Source: Eledone cirrhosa (Eukaryota). Taken from it: DNA of 64,000 bases. The notes beneath the pieces were generated by a model. It was not told the DNA's origin, did no database searches, and saw only the letters and a program-made list of their open reading frames with translations. The stretch is taken from positions 19,592,001 to 19,656,000 of the forward strand of contig OZ024748.1 of NCBI GenBank assembly GCA_964016885.1, written 5' to 3'. Below are positions 41,391-57,361 of the stretch, one piece after another. Positions within the stretch are counted from its first letter, which is position 1, and every line of letters begins with the position of its first letter. The position numbers were made by a program, and so were the translations under genes.

Positions 41391-41778
41391 GCCGAGGATC
41401 TACAGTGTCAATGTTACAGTGACTGAGAGCTCTCAATAGGGCAGCTATAGTGTAACTAGAGGGAGCAGAGGATCTACACTGTTTATGTGGCTGAACAAAA
41501 AATCCCTCATTGAATAAGACACCAGTGAAATCTCTACAGCCAGATGAAGTAATGCACGTTTTTGTTATATCTATTCTTTTGGTTAAGTTCATATTTTCAC
41601 TCATATATACAAGAGATGAAAGGTAATACATGACCTTTTATCGGGAGCTCTGTGGATACTGAGAGGGAGAGAAGGAGGGCACATGGTAGTATGGGTTAAC
41701 CTTAGACCGCAAATGTGGGTGAATAATGTATGGAGCAGAAAATGTCTTGATTAGAAATACTTTAGGGCCAAATACAGA

Positions 41779-41816
<38 letters not shown>

Positions 41817-41939
41817 AAGTTTGTCCTTCATCAGTGATCTTCCAACTATCATAGGCATTTCAACGCTTTAAAGACCATATACCTCCGGTATATGAGATAT
41901 ATATACATGTACATATATATAATTATATATATATATATG

Positions 41940-42017
<78 letters not shown>

Positions 42018-42052
42018 TATATATATATAATTATATATATGTACATGTATAT

Positions 42053-42170
42053 ATATCTCATATGAAATAATACAGCCAATTTTCCACGCAATACTTTTAG
42101 TTAGCACCCCGAACGCATAATTGGGAATATAATCATTTATTTCCTAATGTTTGTTGAGTGAGTTGGAATT
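42053..42170 (+). repeat. Dispersed repeat homologous to 39942-40058
   Basis: ATATCTCATA..AAATAATACA..TTTTCCAC..GTTAGCACCCC..CCTAATGTTTGTTGAGTGAG in both. Confidence 0.7.
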
Positions 42171-42207
42171 TGGCCGGAGTATCGCTAAAAAGCTTTCTCC
42201 GATATTG

Positions 42208-42263
<56 letters not shown>

Positions 42264-42271
42264 TATATATG

Positions 42272-42340
<69 letters not shown>

Positions 42341-42584
42341 ATTTTATGTATATATATATTAGTAGAACTTCAGTTTCGTCCTATGAGCTGTTATTCTAAT
42401 GTGCCTGTCTAATCCTCCTCTTAAACTTCTACTTCATATGACGAGCATAAGTACATGATGTTGTTTTTCGATCTCTGTTGTCACCTTGCCAATCACCTTT
42501 TTATAAAAGACCGCAGGTAACGCTTTTAACCTCTTTAAAATCGATTATAAAAAATAAAACAATGGTGAGACGTGAATTATATTC

Positions 42585-42665
42585 TATTGCTTAAGGCTAC
42601 AAGTGGGAGTCGAACTCACGTTTTTAAGATCAATGACCGCCGAACCACTAAGCCACACGCCTTCA
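42585..42665 (-). mobile_element. SINE family B head
   Basis: Reverse complement GAAGGCGTGTGGCTTAGTGGTT..GAGTTCGACTCCC. Confidence 0.6.
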
Positions 42666-42875
42666 TGATAAATGGTAGTTGAAGGATGTAGTTAATACCT
42701 TCACATGACTTCCACCACCCTTATCAATGAGTCAGACGTTCTATTATATACCCTCGGGTGTATTACACCATCTGCTCCTAACAATGGCAGCATCTCTGAA
42801 ATATTGCTTGCTCTCCTCTCTCGCTGTTTCGTCTTGATAACACATTTACGAATGATACTGCACACATCCTTATCA

Positions 42876-43425
42876 TGGTGATGGTGGGGATGCTGGAGAT
42901 GGGGGTGGTGGTGGTGGTGATGGTGGTAGTGTTGTTGTTGTTGTTGGTGGTGGTGGTAGTGGTGGTGGTGGTGGTGGTGGTGGTAATGTTGGTGGTTGTG
43001 ATGGTGGTGATATGTCGTGATACTGGTGGTGTTGGTGGTGTTGGTTCTTAAGGTGGTGGTGGTGGTGGTGGTGGTGGTGGTGGTGGTGGTGGTGGTGGTG
43101 GTGGTAGTGTTGGTGGTTATGGTGGTGGTGATATGTCGTGATACTGGTGGTGTTGGTGGTGTTGGTTCTGAAGGTGGTGGTAGTGGTGGTGGTGGTGGTG
43201 GTGGTGATGATGATGGTGGTGGTGGTGGTGGTGGTGGTGGTGGTGGTAGTGGCGGTGGTGGTGGCGGTGGTGGTGGTGGTGGTGGTGGTGGTGGTAGTGT
43301 TGGTGGTTATGGTGGTGGTGATATGACGTGATACTGGTCGTGTTAGTGGGGTGTTGGTGCTGAAGGTGGTGGTGGTGGTGGTGGTGTTGGTGCTGAAGGT
43401 GGTGGTGGTGGTGGTGGTGGTATGG
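42876..43425. repeat. (GGT)n tract with internal duplications
   Basis: GATATGTCGTGATACTGGTGGTGTTGG recurs, the third copy being degenerate. Confidence 0.9.
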
Positions 43426-43478
43426 TATTTGTACTTCTGATTATCCTTAATGATTTTTACAGATTCATTCTACCATTC

Positions 43479-43515
<37 letters not shown>

Positions 43516-43813
43516 AGTGTAGGTGTGTGTGTGTGTGTGTGTGTACACATATATATATATATATGTGTGTGTGTGCGTGTATATGTATATATACATAGGT
43601 ATATATTTGTAGTGGGTGTTCGTGTGTGTGAGTGTATGTGTAAAGTTATGAACATTATTTTTAGTACCAGTAATACACTGGGTAATTGCTGGCCTTGTGC
43701 CCAAAGTAGAAACAATTATTTTTATTTAATATCGAAAATTGCATCAAAAATTTATCATGAAACCCCGTTCAGTGTAACAATTCAGAGAAACAAAGTGAGA
43801 TTAAGAGTGAGGG

Positions 43814-43882
<69 letters not shown>

Positions 43883-43976
43883 CGTGTCTATGTATATATA
43901 TATATATATATATATATACATACCTACATAGACACGAACACACATATATATGTATATATATATGTACATATGTATA

Positions 43977-44030
<54 letters not shown>

Positions 44031-44114
44031 TATATATATATGCATATACGCACACACACATATAAATGTATATATATATGTACATATGTACATATGTATA
44101 TATATATATAAAAT

Positions 44115-44170
<56 letters not shown>

Positions 44171-44176
44171 TATACG

Positions 44177-44240
<64 letters not shown>

Positions 44241-44245
<5 letters not shown>

Positions 44246-45136
44246 TGTTATACTTGGGGAGGGTCATATTTGCGTAATATTGCCAGAATTAATAACAGAA
44301 CACACTCACTGTTTGGTTGGTTTTCGCTTCTCGCTGTCTTTTATATCTGCGATGTAACTTACTCGGTCCTCAATGTTGCCAATATAATAAAATAAAATAA
44401 GATAAATAAATACATACACAAGCACAATAACAACAAGCACATAAACACACACTAGTCACCCAGCAGACACAACACTATACACACTAGTCACACAGTACAC
44501 ATAACACTATACACACATGCAAACGCATGCGCAAAGAAGACAAAATAAAATAAAATAAAATAAACAAACAAGCAAATAAATAAATAAATATATAGACAGA
44601 CTGAATAAAAAATGGCGTAGACATACAACACAACAGGAGGAAAAAAAGAATATAACACCACTGACGATGTTGCAGATGTGCAACGAAAGATTTATGTAAA
44701 TTATGTAAACTATATATATGTGTTTGTGTCTATAATGTATCTGTATTATTTTGTGGATTGGCAGTATCGGTAGAGGGTCGGACGCCATGCTTTGCAGCAA
44801 AGAGTTACGGCCCTTTATGGTCTGAGTTCAAATCCCGCCGAGGTTAACTTTGCCTTTCATCTTTACGGGGTCGATAAAATAAAGTACCAGTAATGCACTG
44901 GGTAATTGCTGGCCTTGTGCCAAAAGTAGAAACAATTATTTTTGACCGTCGGTCAGTCAATGGCAACATTGAGGACCGAGTAAGTTAGATCGCAGATATA
45001 AAAGACAGCGAGAAGCGAAAACCAACCAAACAGTGAGTGTGTTCTGTTATTAATTCTGGCAATATTACGCAAATATGACCCTCCCCAAGTATAACAATAT
45101 CTGTTTCGACACACGATTTCATATAAAAAACCTCGC
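44241..45136. mobile_element. ~140-bp inverted repeat pair enclosing a SINE A copy (44753-44940)
   Basis: 44241-44381 is the near-exact reverse complement of 44961-45099. Confidence 0.85.
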
Positions 45137-45257
45137 TAAACTAATATATATATATGTATATATGTACATATGTATATATATATAAAATACATATAGATAT
45201 ATATGTGCATATATCTCTCTCTCTCTCTATATATATATATATAAAGAAAGAGAGAGA

Positions 45258-45303
<46 letters not shown>

Positions 45304-45333
45304 GTGAGAGAGAGAGAGACACAGAGAGAGAGA

Positions 45334-45431
<98 letters not shown>

Positions 45432-45568
45432 AGAGATGAAGGATTGGCAGACGTTGCATGAATTCGAAAACAGACGATCAATGAAGAATAGAAACAAATG
45501 ATTAACTCTGAAAATAAATGGTTAATTATAAGAAGTAACGTGTTTGGAGGTGGAATAACCTAGGGTTA

Positions 45569-48500
45569 GTATGATACAAATAGTTAATAGATTGTATGAT
45601 ACAAATAGTTAATAGATTGTATGATACAAATAGTTAATAGATTGTATGATACAAATAGTTAATAGATTGTATGATACAAATAGTTAATAGATTGTATGAT
45701 ACAAATAGTTAATAGATTGTATGATACAAATAGTTAATAGATTGTATGATACAAATAGTTAATAGATTGTATGATACAAATAGTTAATAGATTGTATGAT
45801 ACAAATAGTTAATAGATTGTATGATACAAATAGTTAATAGATTGTATGATACAAATAGTTAACAGATTGTATGATACAAATAGTTAATAGATTGTATAAT
45901 ACAAATAGTTAATAGATTGTATGTTACAAATAGTTAATAGATTGTATGATACAAATAGTTAATAGATTGTATGATAAAATAGTTAATAGATTGTATGATA
46001 CAAATAGTTAATAGATTGTATGATACAAATAGTTAATAGATTGTATGATACAAATAGTTAATAGATTGTATGATACAAATAGTTAATAGATTGTATGATA
46101 CAAATAGTTAATAGATTGTATGATACAAATAGTTAATAGAATGTATGATACAAATAGTTAATAGATTGTATGATACAAATAGTTAATAGATTGTATGATA
46201 CAAATAGTTAATAGATTGTATGCTACAAATAGTTAATAGATTGTATGATACACATAGTTAATAGAATGTATGATACAAATAGTTAATAGATGTATGATAC
46301 AAATAGTTAATAAATAGTATGATACAAATAGTTAATAGATTGTATGATACAAATAGTTAATAGAATGTATGATACAAATAGTTAATAGATTGTATGATAC
46401 AAAGAGTTAATAGAATGTATGATACAAATAGTTAATAAATAGTATGATACAAATAGTTAATAGAATGTATGATACAAATAGTTAATAGAATGTATGATAC
46501 AAAGAGTTAATAAATAGTATGATACAAATAGTTAATAGATTGTATGACACAAATAGTTAATAGATTGTATGATACAAATAGTTAATAGATTCTATGATAC
46601 AAATAGTTAATAGATTGTATGATACAAATAGTTAATAGATTGTATGACACAAATAGTTAATAGATTGTATGATACAAATAGTTAATAGATTGTATGATAC
46701 AAATAGTTAATAGAATGTATGATACAAATAGTTAATAAATAGTATGATACAAATAGTTAATAGATTGTATGATACAAATAGTTAATAGATTGTATGATAC
46801 AAATAGTTAATAGATTGTATGATACAAATAGTTAATAGATTGTATGATACAAATAGTTAATAGATTGTATGACACAAATAGTTAATAGATTGTATGATAC
46901 AAATAGTTAATAGATTGTATGATACAAATAGTTAATAGATTGTATGATACAAATAGTTAATAGATTGTATGACACAAATAGTTAATAGATTGTATGACAC
47001 AAATAGTTAATAGATTGTATGATACACATAGTTAATAGATTGTATGATACAAATAGTTAATAGATTGTATGACACAAATAGTTAATAGATTGTATGATAC
47101 AAATAGTTAATAGATTGTATGATACAAATAGTTAATAGTATGATACAAATAGTTAATAGATTGTATGATACAAATAGTTAATAGTATGATACAAATAGTT
47201 AATAGATTGTATGATACAAATAGTTAATAGATTGTATGATACAAATAGTTAATAGTATGATACACATAGTTAATAGATTGTATGATACAAATAGTTAATA
47301 GATAGTATGATACACATAGTTAATAGATTGTATGATACAAATAGTTAATAGATTGTATTATACAAATAGTTAATAGATTGTATGATACAAATAGTTAATA
47401 GATTGTATGATACAAATAGTTAATAGATTGTACGGTACAAATAGTTAATAGATTGTATGATACAAATAGTTAATAGATTGTATGATACAAATAGTTAATA
47501 GATTGTATGATACAAATAGTTAATAGATTGTATGATACAAATAGTTAATAGATTGTATGATACAAATAGTTAATAGATTGTATTATACGAATAGTTAATA
47601 GATTGTATGATACAAATAGTTAATAGAATGTATGATACAAATAGTTAATAGATTGTATGATACAAATAGTTAATAGAATGTATGATACAAATAGTTAATA
47701 GATGTATGATACAAATAGTTAATAAATAGTATGATACAAATAGTTAATAGATTGTATGATACAAATAGTTAATAGAATGTATGATACAAATAGTTAATAG
47801 ATTGTATGATTCAAATAGTTAATAGAATGTATGATACAAATAGTTAATAGAATGTATGATACAAATAGTTAATAGATTGTATGATACAAATAGTTAATAG
47901 ATTGTATGATACAAATAGTTAATAGATTGTATGATACAAATAGTTAATAGATTGTATGATACAAATAGTTAATAGATTGTATGACACAAATAGTTAATAG
48001 ATTGTATGATACAAATAGTTAATAAATTGTATGATACACATAGTTAATAGATTGTATGATACAAATAGTTAATAGATTGTATGATACAAATAGTTAATAG
48101 ATTGTATGATACAAATAGTTAATAGATTGTATGATACAAATAGTTAATAGATTGTACGGTACAAATAGTTAATAGATTGTATGATACAAATAGTTAATAG
48201 ATTGTATGATACAAATAGTTAATAGATTGTATGATACAAATAGTTAATAGATTGTATGATACAAATAGTTAATAGATTGTATGATACAAATAGTTAATAG
48301 ATTGTATGATACAAATAGTTAATAGATTGTATGATACAAATAGTTAATAGAATGTATGATACAAATAGTTAATAGAATGTATGATACAAATAGTTAATAA
48401 ATAGTATGATACAAATAGTTAATAGAATGTATGATACAAATAGTTAATAGAATGTATGATACAAAATTTAATAAATAGTATGATACAAATAGTTAATAGA

Positions 48501-51500
48501 TTGTATGATACAAATAGTTAATAGATTGTATGATACAAATAGTTAATAGATTGTATGATACAAATAGTTAATAGATTGTATGATACAAATAGTTAATAGA
48601 TTGTATGACACAAATAGTTAATAGATTGTATGATACAAATAGTTAATAGATTGTATGATACAAATAGTTAATAGAATGTATGATACAAATAGTTAATAAA
48701 TAGTATGATACAAATAGTTAATAGATTGTATGACACAAATAGTTAATAGATTGTATGACACAAATAGTTAATAGATTGTTTGATACAAATAGTTAATAGA
48801 TTGTATGATACAAATAGTTAATAGATTGTATGATACAAATAGTTAATAGATTGTATGATACAAATAGTTAATAGATTGTATGACACAAATAGTTAATAGA
48901 TTGTTTGATACAAATAGTTAATAGATTGTATGATACAAATAGTTAATAGATTGTATGATACAAATAGTTAATAGATTGTACAGTACAAATAGTTAATAGA
49001 TTGTATGATACAAATAGTTAATAGATTGTATGATACAAATAGTTAATAGATTGTATGATACAAATAGTTAATAGATTGTATGATACAAATAGTTAATAGA
49101 TTGTATGATACAAATAGTTAATAAATAGTATGATACAAATAGTTAATAGATTGTATGACACAAATAGTTAATAGATTGTATGACACAAATAGTTAATAGA
49201 TTGTTTGATACAAATAGTTAATAGATTGTATGATACAAATAGTTAATAGATTGTATGACACAAATAGTTAATAGATTGTATGATACAAATAGTTAATAGA
49301 TTGTATGATAAAAATAGTTAATAGTATGATACACATAGTTAATAGATTGTATGATACAAATAATTAATAGTATGATACAAATAGTTAATAGATTGTATGA
49401 TACAAATAGTTAATAGTATGATACACATAGTTAATAGATTGTATGATACAAATAGTTAATAGATAGTATGATACACATAGTTAATAGATTGTATGATACA
49501 AATAGTTAATAGATTGTATGATACAAATAGTTAATAGATTGTATGATACAAATAGTTAATAGATTGTATGATACAAATAGTTAATAGATTGTACGGTACA
49601 AATAGTTAATAGATTGTATGATACAAATAGTTAATAGATTGTATGATACAAATAGTTAATAGATTGTATGATACAAATAGTTAATAGATTGTATGATACA
49701 AATAGTTAATAGATTGTATGATACAAATAGTTAATAGATTGTATGATACAAATAGTTAATAGATTGTATGATACAAATAGTTAATAGATTGTATGATACA
49801 AATAGTTAATAGATTGTATGATACAAATAGTTAATAGATTGTATGATACAAATAGTTAATAGATTGTATGACACAAATAGTTAATTGATTGTATGATACA
49901 AATAGTTAATAAATTGTATGATACAAATAGTTAATAGATTGTATGATACAAATAGTTAATAGATTGTATGACACAAATAGTTAATAGATTGTATGACACA
50001 AATAGTTAATAGATTGTATGATACAAAAAGTTAATAGATTGTATGATACAAATAGTTAATAGATTGTATGATACAAATAGTTAATAGATTGTATGATACA
50101 AATAGTTAATAGAATGTATGATACAAATAGTTAATAGATTGTATGATACAAATAGTTAATAGATAGTATGACACAAATAGTTAATAGATTGTATGATACA
50201 AATAGTTAATAGATTGTATGATACAAATAGTTAATAGATTGTATGATACAAATAGTTAATAGATTGTATGATACAAATAGTTAATAGATTGTATGATACA
50301 AATAGTTAATAGATTGTATGATACAAATAGTTAATAGATTGTATTATACAAATAGTTAATAGATTGTATGATACAAATAGTTAATAGATTGTATGATACA
50401 AATAGTTAATAGAATGTATGATACAAATAGTTAATAGATGTATGATACAAATAGTTAATAAATAGTATGATACAAATAGTTAATAGATTGTATGATACAA
50501 ATAGTTAATAGAATGTATGATACAAATAGTTAATAGATTGTATGATTCAAATAGTTAATAGAATGTATGATACAAATAGTTAATAGAATGTATGATACAA
50601 ATAGTTAATAAATAGTATGATACAAATAGTTAATAGAATGTATGATACAAATAGTTAATAGAATGTATGATACAAAATTTAATAAATAGTATGATACAAA
50701 TAGTTAATAGATTGTATGATACAAATAGTTAATAGATTGTATGATACAAATAGTTAATAGATTGTATGATACAAATAGTTAATAGATTGTATGATACAAA
50801 TAGTTAATAGATTGTATGACACAAATAGTTAATAGATTGTATGATACAAATAGTTAATAGATTGTATGATACAAATAGTTAATAGAATGTATGATACAAA
50901 TAGTTAATAAATAGTATGATACAAATAGTTAATAGATTGTATGATACAAATAGTTAATAGATTGTATGATACAAATAGTTAATAGATTGTATGATACAAA
51001 TAGTTAATAGATTGTATGATACAAATAGTTAATAGATTGTATGACACAAATAGTTAATAGATTGTATGATACAAATAGTTAATAGATTGTATGATACAAA
51101 TAGTTAATAGATTGTATGATACAAATAGTTAATAGATTGTATGACACAAATAGTTAATAGATTGTATGACACAAATAGTTAATAGATTGTTTGATACAAA
51201 TAGTTAATAGATTGTATGATACAAATAGTTAATAGATTGTATGACACAAATAGTTAATAGATTGTATGATATAAATAGTTAATAGATTGTATGATAAAAA
51301 TAGTTAATAGTATGATACACATAGTTAATAGATTGTATGATACAAATAGTTAATAGTATGATACAAATAGTTAATAGATTGTATGATACAAATAGTTAAT
51401 AGATTGTATGACACAAATAGTTAATAGATTGTATGACACAAATAGTTAATAGATAGTATGATACACATAGTTAATAGATTGTATGATACAAATAGTTAAT

Positions 51501-53693
51501 AGATTGTATGATACAAATAGTTAATAGATTGTATGATACAAATAGTTAATAGATTGTATGATACAAATAGTTAATAGATTGTATGACACAAATAGTTAAT
51601 ATATTGTATGATACAAATAGTTAATAGAATGTATGATACAAATAGTTAATAGATGTATGATACAAATAGTTAATAAATAGTATGATACAAATAGTTAATA
51701 GATTGTATGATACAAATAGTTAATAGAATGTATGATACAAATAGTTAATAGATTGTATGATACAAATAGTTAATAGAATGTATGATACAAATAGTTAATA
51801 GAATGTATGATACAAATAGTTAATAAAAAGTATGATACAAATAGTTAATAGAATGTATGATACAAATAGTTAATAGAATGTATGATACAAAATTTAATAA
51901 ATAGTATGATACAAATAGTTAATAGATTGTATGATACAAATAGTTAATAGATTGTATGATACAAATAGTTAATAGATTGTATGATACAAATAGTTAATAG
52001 ATTGTATGATACAAATAGTTAATAGATTGTATGACACAAATAGTTAATAGATTGTATGATACAAAGAGTTAATAGATTGTATGATACAAATAGTTAATAG
52101 AATGTATGATACAAATAGTTAACAAATAGTATGATACAAATAGTTAATAGATTGTATGACACAAATAGTTAATAGATTGTATGACACAAATAGTTAATAG
52201 ATTGTTTGATACAAATAGTTAATAGATTGTATGATACAAATAGTTAATAGATTGTATGACACAAATAGTTAATAGATTGTATGATACAAATAGTTAATAG
52301 ATTGTATGATAAAAATAGTTAATAGTATGATACACATAGTTAATAGATTGTATGATACAAATAGTTAATAGTATGATACAAATAGTTAATAGATTGTATG
52401 ATACAAATAGTTAATAGTATGATACACATAGTTAATAGATTGTATGATACAAATAGTTAATAGATAGTATGATACACATAGTTAATAGATTGTATGATAC
52501 AAATAGTTAATAGATTGTATGATACAAATAGTTAATAGATTGTATGATACAAATAGTTAATAGATTGTATGATACAAATAGTTAATAGATTGTACGGTAC
52601 AAATAGTTAATAGATTGTATGATACAAATAGTTAATAGATTGTATGATACAAATAGTTAATAGATTGTATGATACAAATAGTTAATAGATTGTATGATAC
52701 AAATAGTTAATAGATTGTATGATACAAATAGTTAATAGATTGTATGATACAAATAGTTAATAGATTGTATGATACAAATAGTTAATAGATTGTATGACAC
52801 AAATAGTTAATAGATTGTATGATACAAATAGTTAATAGATTGTATGATACAAATAGTTAATAGAATGTATGAAACAAATAGTTAATAAATAGTATGATAC
52901 AAATAGTTAATAGATTGTATGATACAAATAGTTAATAGATTGTATGATACAAATAGTTAATAGATTGTACGGTACAAATAGTTAATAGATTGTATGATAC
53001 AAATTGTTAATAGATTGTATGATACAAATAGTTAATAGATTGTATGATACAAATAGTTAATAGATTGTATGATACAAATAGTTAATAGATTGTATGATAG
53101 TATAATACAAATAGTTAATAGATTGTATGATACAAATAGTTAATAGATTGTATGATACAAATAGTTAATAGATTGTATGATACAAATAGTTAATAGATTG
53201 TATGATACAAATAGTTAATAGAGTGTATGATACAAATAGTTAATAGAATGTATGATACAAATAGTTAATAGATTGTATGATACAAATAGTTAATAGATTG
53301 TATGATACAAATAGTTAATAGATTGTATGATACAAATAGTTAATAGAATGTATGATACAAATAGTTAATAGATTGTATGATACAAATAGTTAATAGATAG
53401 TATGATACAAATAGTTAATAGATTGTATAATACAAATAGTTAATAGATTGTATGATACAAATAGTTAATAGATTGTATGATACAAATAGTTAATAGATTG
53501 TATGATACAAATAGTTAATAGATTGTATGATACAAATAGTTAATAGATTGTATGATACAAATAGTTAATAGATTGTATGATACAAATAGTTAATAGATTG
53601 TATTATACAAATAGTTAATAGATTGTATGATACAAATAGTTAATAAAATGTATGATACAAATAGTTAATAGATTGTATGATACAAATAGTTAA
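45569..53693 (+). repeat. 25-bp satellite array, ~8.1 kb (~325 monomers)
   Basis: Unit ATGATACAAATAGTTAATAGATTGT. Confidence 0.98.
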
Positions 53694-53734
53694 ATATATA
53701 TGAAAATGTAGCCGCTACATTTCAGATATCTTCA

Positions 53735-54116
53735 ATAATTCTTTCTACTTTTGGCACAAGGCCACCAAATACCTATTATATTACTGGTGCTTTATTTTAT
53801 CGACCCCGTAAGGATGAAAGCAAAGTTAACCTTGGCGGGATTTGAACTAACTGCATAAGGGGCATAACTCTATCCTGCTAAGCATGGTGTCTGACGCTCT
53901 ATCGATATTGCCAATTTCCCCTTTTAATAATTGTTTCTACTTTAGGCACAAGGCCAGCAATTACGCAGTGCATTACTGGTACTTTATTTTATCGACCCCG
54001 TAAGGATGAAAGGCAAAGTCAACCTCGGCGGGATTTGAACTCAGATCGTAAAGGGACGTAACTATGCTGGAAAGCAAGGCGTCCGACCCTCTACCGATAC
54101 TGCCAATCCACCGCCG
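53735..54116 (-). mobile_element. Two tandem SINE family A copies
   Basis: Reverse complement match to family A. Confidence 0.85.
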
Positions 54117-54872
54117 TTTTAATAATATTTGATATCTATACATAATATTTGAATAAGTTAGGGTTAGGCAAATTACCCCTGAAGATGGGAAAAAAAAGGA
54201 CAGAGACCCAAGTGTATTTTACCCGATTTATTCAAATTTTATTTATTGTTATCAACTATTGTTATAGTTATCTGAATTGTGGCGATTTTATTTTAAAATT
54301 CCAAATTGCTTAAAGTAAAATATGCATTTGAACTGATAATATTGACCATACAGCCGACGTTGTGCATCTCTCAGTGTAAGTTTCGAGGTCGATAGATATA
54401 AAGTTTTAATTCACAACTGTGATCCATCGCTCCCCTTACACTATGACGGGTTGTGACTTTGAACAAGACACTTTGTTTCACGTTGCTCCATTTAGCTGGC
54501 AAAAATAAATTGTAATTGTAACTGGAAGGGCCAGTCTTGTGACATTCTGTGTCATATTGAATTTCGTCCGAGAACTAAGTGAAGGGTACACGTGTCTGTT
54601 AAATGCCCATCAACTTGCATGTAATTTCACAAGATGGTTGTTCTGTTTAAGGAATCAACTGGAGCACTTGTCGTCGTTATCGACGGAGTGCCAGTGTTTT
54701 CATATTTAGATATATCCCCGCAAATATATTTACTCACTCATTATGGTGCATTGATATTCATGTTAATTATAAAATAATTGGGGACAAATTCGATACAGGA
54801 AGTGAGAAGATGTTGGTGGGGAGAGTTACAGTATTTTATAGTATACTATAGGATTTCATTATCGTTTCGGAA

Positions 54873-55064
54873 GGGCGGTGGATTGGCAGTATCGGTAGAG
54901 GGTTGGACGCCATGATTTGCAGCAAAAAGTTACGGCCCTTTATGACCTGAGTTCAAATCCCGCCAAGGTTAACTTTGCCTTTCATCCCTACGGGTTCGAT
55001 AAAATAAAGTACCAGTAATACACTGGGATAATTGCTGGCCTTGTGCCAAAAGTAGAAACAATTA
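54873..55064 (+). mobile_element. SINE family A, full length
   Basis: Match to family A; TTATCGTTTCGG occurs at both ends (possible target duplication). Confidence 0.88.
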
Positions 55065-55539
55065 TCGTTTCGGGAGTATGTTTTGTTTTGGACATTTATG
55101 TTGCAAATATTTCACTGTGTTACTATTTCATTAACAAAATGGATGAAACTTAGTCAATGATCTCCACTGGGAGATGGTTGAACTGGGACAATAGGTTGTT
55201 GAACTTGTTATTTTCCAGAAATATATCGGTTGTTGGTGTCTTGTTGAATGAAAAGCGAGTTCTGGAAAAAGAGACTCTAGGTTGCTCTTTCATTTGCACA
55301 ATTTCAAACTATTTCACGTCACTTCCCTCACAAATACCATCAGAAAGGTAATGTACCGTATCATAATTTCCTCCTCTTCATCTCACTAGAATAATCACGC
55401 CTCTGACATAATTAAATGGTTTTCTCAGTTATCGTAATATATTTCTTTCTTCCATGTATATACCTACCATGGCGTACACTTCCTTTATTTCTAGTCTTAT
55501 ATAATTTAATTTTTTAACACACACACATATATATATACG

Positions 55540-55618
<79 letters not shown>

Positions 55619-55620
55619 AC

Positions 55621-55698
<78 letters not shown>

Positions 55699-56047
55699 GC
55701 ACAAACACACACACATATATATATATGTGTGTATGTGTGTGTCTGTACGTGTGTATGTGTGTGTGTGTGTGTGTGTATGTACGTGTTTGTGCGTGTGTGT
55801 ACGTGTGTGTATACGTGTGTGTGTCCTTACACATGAGTACTAAAGCTGGGCATTATCAATCATCCAATTATACGTCTATTTTAGTTAAGTACAAAAATGC
55901 ATTTATATTTATAGACCCTACCCTATATATATGCAAGCATGTATGTATGTATGTAACTCCGATATAAAACCTGCGGCTCAGTAGTTACCGATGATGTTGA
56001 TCTAGTGCATAGCCTTTCCTCACTTTAAAAGATATTTCACGCACAAG

Positions 56048-56135
56048 CATTGCACGATAGAATTAATTAATAATTATTAATAATTGTATATCGTGCAATG
56101 GCCATACTCGATAACGAGGGGGCAGCCATCATCAT
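56048..56135 (+). mobile_element. RTE 3'-terminal stub with 5' inversion
   Basis: TATCGTGCAATGGCCATACTCGATAACGAGGGGGCAGCCATCAT matches 11045-11084; CATTGCACGATAG inverted upstream. Confidence 0.75.
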
Positions 56136-56173
56136 ATATGTATGTATATATGTATGGATGTACATAATATATA

Positions 56174-56224
<51 letters not shown>

Positions 56225-56331
56225 AGGATGAATATAAAATGAAAGTGCTTTTTTTAAAAAAGGAATTTATTAGGTATTGACATATGTTTCTAACGTAACG
56301 ATATATTATCACTACATTATTGATAACCTGA

Positions 56332-56394
<63 letters not shown>

Positions 56395-56730
56395 CATGTA
56401 TAGTTTTTCCTTACAAACAAATCACACAAAAAAATTACTCAGTTAAATACACTTGCGATAAGAAGACGAAATTCATCAGGCCACAATCTCCGTTTATATC
56501 TGGGTTTTTGCTCAATTGTGGCAACCACATAAATTAGTACCATATACTTTGTAGTGACCAAAATAATTAACCCCGTCAACAGAAGAGACACTTCTACGCG
56601 GATCTTAGTTCACACAGAAACAGAGGCATGTTAAAATATTTTTTTATTTTTCCTTACATAACCCTACGCAACAACAGAATACAGCAAGCCTAAACTAGCC
56701 AAAACCATTGCACACAAATACGATTACCTA

Positions 56731-56766
<36 letters not shown>

Positions 56767-57009
56767 GAAATCCCACAATGAATTTTATACTTGAATTTTC
56801 AAATCTCAAATTTTAACTCTTCGTATTATTAATTTTTCTTAATATTAATCAACATTTGAAAAGATGGCTTTTGCAGACCCATCGAAACCGGTCATTTTTT
56901 ATACCCTTTATTATTATTTCCTTACCTTATAAAATTATGTTTTTTCACAAAAAAGTATTCTGTCTCTTATATATTCCATGTGCCATTACCAACCTCAATT
57001 TTCTCTCTC

Positions 57010-57131
<122 letters not shown>

Positions 57132-57166
57132 TGTGTATGTGTGTGTATGTGTGTGTGTATGTGTGT

Positions 57167-57226
<60 letters not shown>

Positions 57227-57327
57227 GTGTGTGCGTATATGTGAGTGTGTGTGCGTTTTCATGTATGCCTTATCACGTTTGTGTCAGTCGATTCAATGGT
57301 TCGACAAAAACGGATCGATAAAACAAC

Positions 57328-57361
<34 letters not shown>

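Noticed and set aside
42700-42797. Minus-strand exon candidate (TTTCAG..AAG/GTATTA)
   Set aside because: Stop codons in all three frames
45561-45569. Telomere-like TAGGGTTAG at the satellite start (also GTTAGGGTTAGG near 54157)
   Set aside because: Fewer than two full units; chance-level
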